Origin: Myxococcota bacterium | GTDB lineage: Bacteria; Myxococcota_A; UBA9042; PHBI01; JAWLBL01 | Direction: 5' to 3' | Assembly: GCA_041687695.1 (NCBI GenBank) | Contig: JAWLBL010000023.1 | Location: 1 to 51,836, forward strand | DNA length: 51,836 nucleotides | Shown: positions 38,015 to 50,269 of the stretch, piece by piece | Layout: each line of letters opens with the position of its first letter | How positions within the stretch are numbered: position 1 is the stretch's first letter | Made by a program: the position numbers and the translations under genes | Notes under the pieces: generated by a model | What the model was told of the DNA's origin: nothing | What the model saw: the letters and a program-made list of their open reading frames with translations, nothing else | Databases searched by the model: none

Positions 38015-39571
38015 TCAGGCGGCGGTCAGGAGCCAGGTGAGGAGGCCGCCGAGGAGGGCGTAGGTCAGGCAGACGCCCAGGGTGCGGCGCAGGATGGCGT
38101 CCTCGTGGCCGACCAGGCCGACGGTCGCGGCGCCGGCGAGCAGGTTGAGCGGGGCGATCATGTTGCCGGAGCCGGCGCCGAAGACCTGGGCGGCCTGTAG
38201 CCCGGCGACCGGCAGGTCGGCTTGCAGGGCGGCGGCCTGCTGGAAGTCGCTGAACAGGATGTTGGAGGCGGTGGCCGAGCCGGTGACGAACGAGCCGAGC
38301 ACGCCGACGAAGGGCGCGAGGACCGGCCAGGCGGGGCCGGCGAGGTCGACGGCGGCGCGGGCCAGGAGATCGATCATGCCGGCGTGGACCATGAGGCGCG
38401 ACAGCGCGAGGACGGCCAGCAGGGCCACCGCGACCGGGGCGAGCTGGCGGGCGGCGCGGCCGAGGGCCTGGGCGAGGAGCGCGGGGTGGAGGCGCTGGAG
38501 CGTCGCGCCGAGGGCGAGGCTGACGAGGAGCAGGGTGCCCGGGTGGTAGAGCGGGCGGATGCGGCCCTCGAAGCGTCCGGAGAGGGTCCAGCCCAGCTCG
38601 ACGGAGGTCAGCGCCTGCTGGACCGGCGGGACGAGGCGGGTCACGAGCACCAGGGCGACCACCAGCAGGTAGGGCGCGGCCGCTCGCAGCGTGGCGCCGC
38701 GCGGACCGGGCGGCTCGCGTGAGTCGCGCGCCTCGGCGCGGGGCCCGACCCGCAACCAAAGGGCCGTGAAGAGGACGCCGCCGGCCAGGGCGCCACCCAG
38801 GGTCGGCAGCTCGGGGCCCACCCAGCGGGCGATGGCGAGGCACGGCAGGGCGAAGAGGAGGCCGGCGAGGACGGCCCAGCCCCACATTGGGCGGGGGCGG
38901 GGGCGGGGGCGGGTGCCGTCGTCGCGAGGGCCACGTGCGATGATGAGGACCATCGCCAGCGGCAGGAGCCAGCCGAGGGCGCCGACGTAGACCCCGGTCG
39001 CGCGGGCGAGCTCGGGGCCGGGGAGCCCGGTCGCGGACATCTGCGGGACGATGGGGGTGCCGACCGCGCCGAAGGCGACCCCGGCCGCGTGTCCGACGAG
39101 GGCCAGGCCGACCGCCTGGGCGGGCGGGAAGCCGGCGCTGACCAGGAAGGGGGCGGCGAGGGCGATGGGGGTGCCGAAGCCGGCGGCGCCCTCGAGGAAG
39201 AGGGCGAAGAACCAGGCGACGAGCAGCGCCAGGATGGCGGGTTCGGAGGTGACGCGGGCGAGCGCGCGTTGCAGGACCGCGAAGGCGCCCGAGCGCTGCT
39301 GCAGGTGGTAGATGGCGAGCGCGGGCAGGAGGATCCACAGGATCGGGAGCGCGCCGAAGGCCGCCTCGGCGAGGGCGCCGGCGAGCGCGCGGGCCGGGCC
39401 GAGATCGCCGTGGATGGCGTCGCCGTAGCCGAAGGCGGTGAGGGCGACCAGCAGGGTCGCGGCGAACGCGGCGAGGCCGGCGCGGGCGGCCGACCAGCGC
39501 GCGAGCAGCATCAGCGCCATCAGCAGCGCGATGGGCAGGGCGGCGAGCGCGGCGGACAGGGTGGGCGGCAC
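38015..39571 (-). CDS. L-lactate permease (LctP/LldP family)
   Basis: EGAAGFGTP, FGAVGTP, GSATASNILF motifs; many TM helices; RBS GAGGAG. Confidence 0.92.
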   Translation of the reverse strand: MPPTLSAALAALPIALLMALMLLARWSAARAGLAAFAATLLVALTAFGYGDAIHGDLGPARALAGALAEAAFGALPILWILLPALAIYHLQQRSGAFAVLQRALARVTSEPAILALLVAWFFALFLEGAAGFGTPIALAAPFLVSAGFPPAQAVGLALVGHAAGVAFGAVGTPIVPQMSATGLPGPELARATGVYVGALGWLLPLAMVLIIARGPRDDGTRPRPRPRPMWGWAVLAGLLFALPCLAIARWVGPELPTLGGALAGGVLFTALWLRVGPRAEARDSREPPGPRGATLRAAAPYLLVVALVLVTRLVPPVQQALTSVELGWTLSGRFEGRIRPLYHPGTLLLVSLALGATLQRLHPALLAQALGRAARQLAPVAVALLAVLALSRLMVHAGMIDLLARAAVDLAGPAWPVLAPFVGVLGSFVTGSATASNILFSDFQQAAALQADLPVAGLQAAQVFGAGSGNMIAPLNLLAGAATVGLVGHEDAILRRTLGVCLTYALLGGLLTWLLTAA

Positions 39572-39680
39572 GATGGGGAGCTCCTCGAGGTCCGTCGCGG
39601 GGCCCGAGTGTCGGCCCCGGCGCCAGTCGAGACAACCTGTCGGCGGCGGGGCGCGAGCAGGTCGCCGTCGAAGTCGTCTC

Positions 39681-40970
39681 CTACCAGGAGGAGCTGGCGC
39701 CGCCGCCGCCGAAGGAGCCGCCGCCGCCCGAATAGGACGAGGAGCTCGAGCCGTAGTCGGTCGAGCCGTGGCGCGAGCGCAACGAGGTGCTCCTGGAGCC
39801 GGAGGAGGTGATCATCTCGAGCAAGAGCAGCCATCCCAGGCCGAAGATGTGGACCCAGACGCTCCACTCGAAGACCTCGGATCCCACGAACATCAGCTCG
39901 TCCCAGTACATCGCCGTGTGGACGACGAGCCCCGCCACGAGCGGGACGATGACGAAGAGCAGCTTGAGGACGCCCGAACGCGACAGGCCCGCGGCGACGG
40001 AGCCGAGCATGGCCGCGAAGAGCCAATGCAGCGGGTAGGCCCACCAGAAGCCGTCGCCCGCGGCGACGTTCCCCAGGAGGTCCCCGGTGGGGTCGTAGTA
40101 GAGGTAGGCGATGAGCAGCGGCGCGGCGATCCAGATGACGACGCCCCAGACGGCGCCGGCGCGGGCGGTCCTGGCCAACGCCGCCGGGTCCAGGCGCGTG
40201 CCTGGAGCGTCCTGGTCGCGCTCGTCGGTCGAGCCGGCCTCGTTGCGCTTCTTCTTGGCCTTGCGGCCTCTTCGGTCACCGGAGCTTGGCTTCGGGGCGC
40301 GGGCTCGGCGGACCCGTTGGCGCAGCACCTGCGCGCGCGCCGAGACCAGCGCCGCGAGGACGATGGTCAGGCTGAAGGCCAGCATGTCCCCGCCGAGCGG
40401 CACCGGCGGGGGCGTAACCTCCTCGCCCGCGACGAGGTGCCGGGTCCGCGCGACGACGCCGTCCACGATGGCGTTCGCCGCGGCTCCGAAGCGCCGGCTC
40501 TGGAGATGCTCGGTGGCCGCCTCGAGCAGGTTCTTGGCGGTCGCGTCGGTGATGACGCGCTCGAGGCCGACGCCGACCTCCAGCCGGCTGCGCCGGTCCT
40601 GGAGCGCGAAGACCAGCAGCAGCCCGCGGTCCTCGCCGCGTTCGCCGCCGCCCCACTTCGAGGCGACCTCGAGCGCGAAGTCCTCGATGGGGACGGCCCC
40701 CGTGGTCTGCACGAAGAGGACGGCCAGCTGGACGCCGGTCGCGCGTTGGTGCGCCAGCAGCTTGTCTTCGAGAGGCGCGACCTCGTCCGCGCGCAGCGCC
40801 TTGGCGCGGTCGGTGACGGGGCGCTCGATGACGGGCACCGCGGCCACGGCGACCGACGCGGCCAGCGCCAGGGCCAGGCCGGCGAGGGCGCGGGTGGTCG
40901 CGGTCAGGCGCGAGCTGCGGCGAGGAGCGGCGCGGCGTCGCGCGAGACCCGTCGGGGAGGGCGTCGTCAT
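39681..40970 (-). CDS. TPM-domain membrane protein with Gly/Ser-rich tail (YgcG-like)
   Basis: PIEDFA...WGGG..EDRGLLL...RLEVG.GLE; C-terminal GGGGSFGGGGASSSW; ATGA overlap with upstream gene. Confidence 0.9.
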   Translation of the reverse strand: MTTPSPTGLARRRAAPRRSSRLTATTRALAGLALALAASVAVAAVPVIERPVTDRAKALRADEVAPLEDKLLAHQRATGVQLAVLFVQTTGAVPIEDFALEVASKWGGGERGEDRGLLLVFALQDRRSRLEVGVGLERVITDATAKNLLEAATEHLQSRRFGAAANAIVDGVVARTRHLVAGEEVTPPPVPLGGDMLAFSLTIVLAALVSARAQVLRQRVRRARAPKPSSGDRRGRKAKKKRNEAGSTDERDQDAPGTRLDPAALARTARAGAVWGVVIWIAAPLLIAYLYYDPTGDLLGNVAAGDGFWWAYPLHWLFAAMLGSVAAGLSRSGVLKLLFVIVPLVAGLVVHTAMYWDELMFVGSEVFEWSVWVHIFGLGWLLLLEMITSSGSRSTSLRSRHGSTDYGSSSSSYSGGGGSFGGGGASSSW

Positions 40971-41563
40971 CGCGTCACCTCGGCCGAGAGCGGGACACTG
41001 GTGGGCAGGTCGAACAAGGGCGCGACGAAGCGGCCGGGGAAGCTGGCCGCGCGGCCGTTGTAGGCGGCGGCGTGCTCGTCGTAGCGCTGGCGGGCGACGC
41101 GGACGCGGTTGTGCGCGCCATCGATCTCGGCGCGGGCGTCGCGGTCGCCGCTGGGGGCGTCGGCGTAGTGGCGTTCGGTGCTCTCGACGCGATCGAGGGC
41201 GTTGAGCACGTGGGCCCGGTGGGCGTCGACCTCGGCCAGCGCGCGGCTGAGCCCGGCCTGCACCATCAGGACCGCGACGAGCGCGGCGCCGAGGATGCTC
41301 GCGGCCCACAGCAGCAGCTTGTTGCGACGCGCGCGCGACGCTCGCTCGGCCTGCGCCTTCGCCCGCCGTCGGCGCTCGAGCTCGGCGACCGCGGGGGCGA
41401 CGTACTCGGCCGGGATGTCCAAATCGCCGGCCACCTCTTGCAGCTCTTCGAGGGTCAGCTTGTCCGCCGACGCGTCCTTCAGCTCGGCCGCGACGCCGAT
41501 GACGTCGTCGACGTCCTCGAAGTCCACCTCACGCGGCCCTCCGGACCTCCGCCTCGCGCTCAT
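40967..41563 (-). CDS. LemA-like membrane protein with extra N-terminal helical domain
   Basis: NRVRVARQRYDEHAAAYN...FPGRFVAPLF resembles the LemA C-terminus; single TM; ATGA overlap with upstream TPM gene. Confidence 0.7.
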   Translation of the reverse strand: MSARRRSGGPREVDFEDVDDVIGVAAELKDASADKLTLEELQEVAGDLDIPAEYVAPAVAELERRRRAKAQAERASRARRNKLLLWAASILGAALVAVLMVQAGLSRALAEVDAHRAHVLNALDRVESTERHYADAPSGDRDARAEIDGAHNRVRVARQRYDEHAAAYNGRAASFPGRFVAPLFDLPTSVPLSAEVTR

Positions 41564-42000
41564 CCCGTGCTCACTCGGTTCGGCAGCTCGTCGCCGGCCT
41601 CGTCCTCGCCCGGCACGACCCGCCGCAAGAGGTCCCCGGCCGCGCCGACGGCCGCGGTCAACCCCGCCGTCGGCGCCCCGGACCGAAACCCCTCGGCCAC
41701 CTGGTCGACGACCTCCTGCCAGAACCCGGGCGCGGCCGCGCCATGCACGCCGGAGCCCGCGAAGACCGCTGTCTTGCGGTCGTCGACCGCGACGTAGAGC
41801 AGCACCCCGGTCCCGTCGCGGGTCGCGCCGACGCCCAGCTCGTCGAACAGGACGCCGGCCCGCGCCAGCGCGTCCCCGCCCCGGCAGCGCGCCTCGACGT
41901 GCACCATGATCTCGCCCCGGTGCCCGGCCTCGGCGGCCTCGATCGCCGCGACCACCTGGGCCTCTTCGGGGCCGGTCAGAAAGCGTCGTCGTTTCAGCAC
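41560..42000 (-). CDS. Small TPM-domain (DUF477-like) protein
   Basis: AIEAAEAGHRGEI, TRDGTGVLLYVA, DELPN motifs. Confidence 0.88.
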   Translation of the reverse strand: MLKRRRFLTGPEEAQVVAAIEAAEAGHRGEIMVHVEARCRGGDALARAGVLFDELGVGATRDGTGVLLYVAVDDRKTAVFAGSGVHGAAAPGFWQEVVDQVAEGFRSGAPTAGLTAAVGAAGDLLRRVVPGEDEAGDELPNRVSTG

Positions 42001-42287
42001 TGTGGGCTCCCGTCACCGAGGGGGGCTGCGCGTGGATCCTGCGCCGCCGTGCTGCGGCGCTGCGAGGAGCGCCCCGGTCGGAGTTCGATCACGCGCCCTC
42101 GGGGCCGCGACTATAGGTCACGGGGTCGGGCGTGTCACTTCGGGCCCGGCGACCCGACGGGGCCACCGAACGGGAGCGTGGAGCCCGAGGACGACCTGGG
42201 GGCCCGCGTGGGGCGGCCGCGGCAGTCCGTCGGCGCCCGCTCGCGTGGACACGCGGCTCGACGCGCTCGCAAGGCACCCGCTGCCGC

Positions 42288-42773
42288 TCAGGCGTTCAGG
42301 CGCCAGATCGCGAAGTTGAGCGCCGCAGCGAAGGTGACCCAGGCCAGATAGGGCGACAGGAGCCAGGCGGCCGGCCGGCTGTGGCGCGCGAAGGCCGCGA
42401 GGGTCGCCACGATGGCCAACCACAGCGCGACGATCTCGGCGAAGGCGAGCCCGGGGCGCTGGAGCCCGAAGAAGAGCCACGACCAGGCGGCGTTCAGCGC
42501 CAGCTGGACATCGAACAGCGTCAGCGCGCCGCGCGCCCCGGACAGGCCCCGCTCGCGCCACACGAGCCAGGCCGACACGCCCATCGTGGCGTACAGCGCG
42601 GTCCAGACCGGCCCGAACACCCAGCTCGGCGGGTTCCACGACGGCTTGTCCAGCTCGGCGTACCAAGCGCCGGGCGTGAAGAAGGCCCCCACCAGGCTGG
42701 GCAGGAAGCTGACCAGCACCCACCCCGCCAGAGCCGCGTATCGCCGAGTCGCTGGTTGCTCGAGGTCCGCCAT
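42288..42773 (-). CDS. tspO: TspO/MBR family tryptophan-rich sensory protein
   Basis: WYAELDKPSWNPPSWVFGPVWTALY, LNAAWSWLFFG, PYLAWVTFA. Confidence 0.95.
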   Translation of the reverse strand: MADLEQPATRRYAALAGWVLVSFLPSLVGAFFTPGAWYAELDKPSWNPPSWVFGPVWTALYATMGVSAWLVWRERGLSGARGALTLFDVQLALNAAWSWLFFGLQRPGLAFAEIVALWLAIVATLAAFARHSRPAAWLLSPYLAWVTFAAALNFAIWRLNA

Positions 42774-42938
42774 GGGACAACCCTGCGCTCGGACCAGCGC
42801 TCCGGCAACCGTGACCCGACGCGCGGAAGGCCCGGTGAGTCGGGGAGGGCGCGTCCCGGGTGAGGTTCATCACGGGCGCGCAGCGCGACGGCGCGGATAC
42901 CGCTCGCAAGGGCGGCCGCGCCGCGCTAGCTTGGGCGC

Positions 42939-43574
42939 ATGTTCTACGGACTCAGCCATGTGGACGTCCCGGTGCGGGACCTCGAGCGGAGCCTGCGCCT
43001 GTACCGCGACGCGCTGGGCTTCACGGTCAAGGGCCAGGCCGACGGCTTCGTCGACCTCGACGCAGGGACCGCCATCGTGCGCCTGATCCTGGTCGACCGG
43101 CCCGAGCGCCAGACGCAGCTGCGCGTCGAGGCGAGCGACGTCGCCGCGGGCGTGCAGGCCCTGACGGCGGCGGGCGCGCAGGCCCTGTATGCGCCAGCGC
43201 GCACCGACCAGCTGACGATCGAGGGCTCGGTGCGGGACCCGGACGGTCACGTCATCCTCGTCTGGCGCGCCCTCAGCGAGGACGAGTACGGCTTCGACCC
43301 CGAGCTGCCGACCGAGCGCGGCTGGGATCCCGACGCCGAGGCCCTGCTCAAGTCCCTGCTCAAGTCGGTCCCCGCCCTGTTCCGCGGCCTGGCGCGCCGG
43401 AAGGTCGTCAAGGAGGCCGAGCTGCGCGCTGGCGCGAGCGGCCGCATCACGCGCGACCTGGCCATCCGCTCGTTCATCTCGGCCCAGTCGCCGCCCAACC
43501 GCGGGCGCCTGCACGAGCCGCTGCGCAAGCACGGCATCGACCCGGACGCCTACCGCGACGAGTTCGAGTCCTGA
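42939..43574 (+). CDS. VOC/glyoxalase domain fused to DUF2621-like helical domain
   Basis: SHVDVPVRDLERSLRLY...LGF and RDPDGH; C-terminal WDPDAEALL...VPALFRGLARRK. Confidence 0.8.
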   Translation: MFYGLSHVDVPVRDLERSLRLYRDALGFTVKGQADGFVDLDAGTAIVRLILVDRPERQTQLRVEASDVAAGVQALTAAGAQALYAPARTDQLTIEGSVRDPDGHVILVWRALSEDEYGFDPELPTERGWDPDAEALLKSLLKSVPALFRGLARRKVVKEAELRAGASGRITRDLAIRSFISAQSPPNRGRLHEPLRKHGIDPDAYRDEFES

Positions 43575-43770
43575 GCGCGCCCGAGGCGGGCGGCGAGGGG
43601 GCCGGCGGTTAGGGGAGCGATCAGAATGACCTGCCCACCTCGCCGGCGGATCCACCGTACTGGACACGCCGGCCAAAGCTCGGAGTATCCAGATACACCT
43701 TCGCTTCGGCCGGCGCGCCCAGCACGGCGCCTCCTTGGCGATCTGAACAGTTTTTTTCGGAACGCGCCCC

Positions 43771-44940
43771 TTACCAGGACGAGCTGGCGCCGCCGCCGCC
43801 GAAGGAGCCGCCGCCGCCCGAGTAGGACGAGCTGGAGCTGGAGCTGTACGAGCTGGAGCTGGAGCTGTACGAGCCGTAGCTCGAGCTCGAGCCGTAGCTG
43901 GACGAGGAGCCGGAGCTCGAGGCGTAGGTGGTCCCCGACGGGGCGCCGCCCGACGACACCGCGGCGGTGATGATGAGCCAGATCATGGCGATGGCGAGGA
44001 ACGCGAGGGCGTGCACGACGACCTCGGGGCCGCCGTCCAGGGGGACGCTCAGGCGCTGGCCGACGTAGATGACCACGGCGATGGCGAGCGGCGACACGAA
44101 CAGCAGACCGAGCTTCTTGCTGTCGCCGAAGAGCAGGCTGACGAGCACGCCGACCAGGCCCGCGGCGAGCCAGTGGACCGGGTACGCCCACCAGAAGCCA
44201 CCGTCGGGGGCCATCGCGAAGACGAGCGCCAGGGCGAGCGGACCCCCGAGCCAGACGCCCAGGCCCCAGAGCCTGCGTTGCATGGCGCGGCGGGCCGGGT
44301 CGTTCGTGGCCGCGCCGGCTGCGCTGCGCTTTCGCCGGGGCGGCGCGGTCGTCAGCGAGTGGTGGCGCGCTCCGGCCAGGGCGGCCAGCAACAGGACCAC
44401 GGCGAAGGTCAGCGGGTGGGCGCCGAGCGGCAGGGGCGGCGGCGTGGCCGCTCGACCCGGCACGAGGTGCGCCGTGCGCGCGATGACGCCGTCGACGATG
44501 ACGCCCACGGCGCGCGCGTAGTCGCCGGCGCGGAGCTGGGGGATGGCCGCGTCGAGCAGGCGCTTGGCGACGGCGTCGGGGATGACCGCCTCGAGGCCGC
44601 GGCCGACCTCGAGGCGGCTGCGTCGGTCGCGCAGGGCCAGGACCAGCAGCAGGCCGCGGTCCTCGCCGGCGCGTCCGCCGCCCCACTGCGTGGCGACCTG
44701 CTCAGAGAAGTCCTCGATGGGGCGGCCGGAGGTCGTGTGGATGAGCAGCACGGCGAGCTGGACGGCCGTCTGTTCGTGGTGGCGCCGAAGGCGCGCCTCG
44801 AGGGGGCCGATGTCGGAGGGCGCCAGCAGGCCATGGGGGTCCGTGACCGGCCGATCGATCATGGGCAGGCCCGCGGAGGCGGCGCCGCCAACGACCAGGG
44901 CCACGAGCAGCGCCAGGGTGCGGAGCGTGAGCGACGTCAT
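43771..44940 (-). CDS. Second TPM-domain membrane protein with Gly/Ser-rich tail
   Basis: Same TPM motifs and tail as 39681-40970; N-terminal signal peptide. Confidence 0.9.
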   Translation of the reverse strand: MTSLTLRTLALLVALVVGGAASAGLPMIDRPVTDPHGLLAPSDIGPLEARLRRHHEQTAVQLAVLLIHTTSGRPIEDFSEQVATQWGGGRAGEDRGLLLVLALRDRRSRLEVGRGLEAVIPDAVAKRLLDAAIPQLRAGDYARAVGVIVDGVIARTAHLVPGRAATPPPLPLGAHPLTFAVVLLLAALAGARHHSLTTAPPRRKRSAAGAATNDPARRAMQRRLWGLGVWLGGPLALALVFAMAPDGGFWWAYPVHWLAAGLVGVLVSLLFGDSKKLGLLFVSPLAIAVVIYVGQRLSVPLDGGPEVVVHALAFLAIAMIWLIITAAVSSGGAPSGTTYASSSGSSSSYGSSSSYGSYSSSSSSYSSSSSSSYSGGGGSFGGGGASSSW

Positions 44941-45142
44941 GGGCGTCACCGTAGCCTCTCCGTGCCGCAGCGTCACGTCGAGCCTGGGCCGCGCGTCGGC
45001 GAGCCCGTAGGTTCAGGGTGGCGCACCGCGACGCGGTGCGGCATAGTCGCCGGTTCGTGAAGCGTGAAGCGAGCGAAGGCCGCGACCGAGGCGAGCGCCT
45101 GGAGGGCGCGGCGCACCTACCGACCGAGACGAGGATGGGTTC

Positions 45143-46465
45143 ATGAGCTGGAGACATGGGATGGCAGTCCTTGGGGCCCTGGGCCTCATGGCCTGTGGCG
45201 ACGACCCGGCGACGCAGTCGACGCAGGACGTGTTCACCGACGTATCGGACGTCGGGGGTGGCGATGCGGACGAGGACACGGCCGGGCCTGACGCGACCGA
45301 GCCCGACGCGACGGAGCCCGACGCGACGGAGCCGGACGCGACGGAGCCGGACGCGACGGAGCCTGACGCGACGGAGCCTGACGCGACGGAGCCTGACGCG
45401 ACGGAGCCTGACGCGACGGAGCCTGACGCGACGGAGCCTGACGCGACCGAGCCTGACGCGACGGAGCCTGACGCGACCGAGCCTGACGCGACCGAGCCCG
45501 ACGCGACGGAGCCCGACGCGACGGAGCCTGACGCGACGGAGCCCGACGCGACGGAACCTGACGCGACCGAGCCTGATGCGACGGAGCCCGACGCGACGGA
45601 GCCCGACGCGACGGAGCCTGACGCGACCGAGCCGGACGTGACGGAGCCAGACGTCATCGACCCGGGCGCCGAGGGCACCTGCGGCAACCCCGTCGTCGTC
45701 GACGCCGTGCCTTACGTCTTCACGGGCGACACCACCGGCGCGAGCAGCAACTCGGACGCCGTCGCCGGCTGCGGCTACGTCGATCCCGAGGCCTCGTTCG
45801 GCCCCGACGCCGACGCGCCCGACGTCGTCCACGCCTTCACCCCCACCGAGTCGGGCGTCTACACGTTCACGCTCGAGGGCACGCCGTCGCTCCTGTACGT
45901 CGCCACGACCTGCCCGACCGCGGCCGGAACGTGCCTCGCGGGCCTCGACACCTTCGAGTTCGAGATCTTCAAGGTCAACCTCACCGCCGGCGAGACCTAC
46001 TACGCCATCGTCGACGGCTGGTACGACAACGAGGAGGGCGCGTACACCTTGACCATCGACGGCCCGACCGAGCCGGTCGCCGGCGACGCTTGCGACGCGC
46101 CGCTCGCCATCGACACCGAGCCTTTCCTGGGCGAAGGCGACACCACGCTGGCGGTCGACGACTTCCAGGCCATCGGCTGCGAGGGCCTGCTGGACCAGGC
46201 CGGCATCGGCGGCGGCGACGTGGTCTACACCTTCACGCCCGGCGCCTCCGCTACCTACCGCTTCGAGCTGGCCGGCGAGGCGACGGCCGTCTACGTCCAG
46301 ACCGCGTGCGGCACCGGCGCCGGCACCTGCGTCGGCGGCGCCGACTTCGAGTTGGACGACCTGCTGGACGTGACCCTCGAGGCCGGCGTGACCTACTTCG
46401 TCGTGGTCGACGGCATCTTCAGCTACGAGATCGGCGAGTACGTCCTGTCGGTCGAGGCGCTCTAG
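45143..46465 (+). CDS. Surface lipoprotein with (PDATE)n spacer and two tandem beta-sandwich domains
   Basis: Lipobox LMAC; pentapeptide repeat; two DVV(H/Y)...AGxTYxxxVDG domains. Confidence 0.88.
   Translation: MSWRHGMAVLGALGLMACGDDPATQSTQDVFTDVSDVGGGDADEDTAGPDATEPDATEPDATEPDATEPDATEPDATEPDATEPDATEPDATEPDATEPDATEPDATEPDATEPDATEPDATEPDATEPDATEPDATEPDATEPDATEPDATEPDATEPDATEPDVTEPDVIDPGAEGTCGNPVVVDAVPYVFTGDTTGASSNSDAVAGCGYVDPEASFGPDADAPDVVHAFTPTESGVYTFTLEGTPSLLYVATTCPTAAGTCLAGLDTFEFEIFKVNLTAGETYYAIVDGWYDNEEGAYTLTIDGPTEPVAGDACDAPLAIDTEPFLGEGDTTLAVDDFQAIGCEGLLDQAGIGGGDVVYTFTPGASATYRFELAGEATAVYVQTACGTGAGTCVGGADFELDDLLDVTLEAGVTYFVVVDGIFSYEIGEYVLSVEAL
45287..45658 (+). repeat. 15-bp tandem repeat, 23 PDATE units plus 2 variants
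   Basis: CC(T/C/G)GACGCGAC(G/C)GAG with synonymous variation. Confidence 0.97.
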
Positions 46466-46536
46466 CCCCCCCCCCCCGAGCCGGGCGCGGCGCCTCCTCC
46501 TGCCGGGGAGGCAGGCACCGCGCCCGGCGCCGGACC

Positions 46537-48513
<1,977 letters not shown>

Positions 48514-48595
48514 GCGCGGCAGCCTAACCGAGCGCTCGCTTGGTCGCGAGCGCACACAGGCTGCGGCCTGCAAACCGAACTCCGGGCACGGGCGG

Positions 48596-50077
48596 TCAGG
48601 GGCCGGTCGTGCAGGTCGATGCGCCGTCGGGGCCGACGCGGAGCAGCCAGAGGTCGGAAGCGCCCGCGCCCTGCGACTCGGTCTCGCCGGCGAGGATGAA
48701 GTCGCCGTCGTGCAGGGCGTGGAGATGGCGCACCTCGTCCCGTTGAGGTCCGCCGAAGGTGCGGTACGTGGTTTGCCTGCCGTCGGGGTCGACGAAGACC
48801 AGGGCGGCCTCGACGCCGAGGCCCTCCACCTCGATGCGCCCTGCGAGGAAGATCCCCGGATATCTGCGGGCGATGGCCGCGGGCTCGAAGCCGTTGGGGA
48901 GCCCGAGCGGCGTCGAGTCGACCAGGTCGCCGTCTGGGCTGATGAGGTGAGCGACATGGCCCTGCGCTCCGGATGTCAGCGTCGTGACGGCGCCACTGTC
49001 ATGCACGAAGAGCGCGACGAGCGGATCCGAGAGCGCGATCTTCCAGCCTCCCGTCAGGATCTGGTCTCCCCCGAAGCCGGATTCGCTCGGCACACGCTCC
49101 CACGTGAGGTGCTGGACGTGCGTCACCCCGTCGAAGCGACCGTCGGCCGCGTCGGGATCGATCCACCGGCCGAACACCTGACCGTCTGCCGGATGCGCTC
49201 GCGTGTGGAGGATGTCGCGCAGGCGCTCCGGCTCGTTCTCGTTCGGCCAGGTGAACGTCATGTCACGCTGGCCACCTGCGGTGACGTAGACGAGGCTCTC
49301 CCCCTCGATCTCCTTGACTCGTTCTTGGAACGCGCAGCGATCCCGATGGTGCAATCCGACCACGAATTGCCCGTTGGCAAGGGCCGAAACCGTGCGCGTT
49401 GCGGCTGCGAGCACCTCGCAGCCGGCGGGAGAATCGCTGGCGAGGGTGTCGACCTGCCATAGGACTTGCCCAGTCTTGCCGAGCGCGACCAGCCCCGAGC
49501 CGTCCGCCTGTCCCACGACCAGGGTTCCGTCTTCCGCGGCGGCTACGGGGCCCGCGAAGGGCAGCTCGACCTCGAGGATCGGCACGCCGGCCGGGTTCGT
49601 CCGGACCAGCCACGCCTGGGGCTCGGCTGCGAGGGTGCGACGGACCAGGGCGAAGCCGCCGTCGGGCAGGGGCGCGAAGCCGGCCAGCTCGTCGTGACCT
49701 TTGGAGCCGTAGGTGCGGTCGAAGAGCTTGGGCGTGAGCGCTGGCGCCTCGGCGCCTTCCGGGGCCGGCGAGCACGTCCCCGCGCTGCACGTGCCTGGGG
49801 CCTCGCAGGCCGCGGGGCCGCAGGCCAGGCCTTCGTCCACGGCCAGGACGACGCATCGCCCGTCGTGGCAGCCCAGCTCCCGACAGGGCAGGAAGTTCGC
49901 GAGCGCGCTGGTGCAGTCGGACTCGAGATCACACGGGATGTCGAAGGTTTCGAGCACGACCGGGGCGGCCGGCGCCTCGCCGGTGTCTCCGTTGTCCGAG
50001 CGGCCCGATGAAGGTGGCTCCCCGAGGCAGGCGGCGAACATACAGGCCGAGACCATCACTCCGACAAAACGATTCAT
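48596..50077 (-). CDS. Putative lipoprotein, Cys-rich N-terminus plus beta-propeller-like region
   Basis: FAAC lipobox; RTYG/RTFGG..D and GETESQGAGASDLWLLR propeller-blade motifs; RBS GGGG. Confidence 0.7.
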   Translation of the reverse strand: MNRFVGVMVSACMFAACLGEPPSSGRSDNGDTGEAPAAPVVLETFDIPCDLESDCTSALANFLPCRELGCHDGRCVVLAVDEGLACGPAACEAPGTCSAGTCSPAPEGAEAPALTPKLFDRTYGSKGHDELAGFAPLPDGGFALVRRTLAAEPQAWLVRTNPAGVPILEVELPFAGPVAAAEDGTLVVGQADGSGLVALGKTGQVLWQVDTLASDSPAGCEVLAAATRTVSALANGQFVVGLHHRDRCAFQERVKEIEGESLVYVTAGGQRDMTFTWPNENEPERLRDILHTRAHPADGQVFGRWIDPDAADGRFDGVTHVQHLTWERVPSESGFGGDQILTGGWKIALSDPLVALFVHDSGAVTTLTSGAQGHVAHLISPDGDLVDSTPLGLPNGFEPAAIARRYPGIFLAGRIEVEGLGVEAALVFVDPDGRQTTYRTFGGPQRDEVRHLHALHDGDFILAGETESQGAGASDLWLLRVGPDGASTCTTGP

Positions 50078-50269
50078 GAGTTCCCCGTTGTCGACCCGTA
50101 CATCCGTGAGACGGCTCCAGATCAGACCGTGGACGGACGGCTTGCTGTCAACGTGAAGTGACGCCCGAGACGCTCGACGCCGAGGGGCCAACTCCCGAAC
50201 GGCCCACGACAGGGCGGCGGGCGAGGAAGACCTGGTCGTGGGCGCCGTCGCCGATGGGCCGAGCGAGCC

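Noticed and set aside
46466..46477. C12 homopolymer as a phase-variation tract
   Set aside because: It lies after a stop codon between convergent genes, so no frame or promoter is affected; it may be a sequencing artefact
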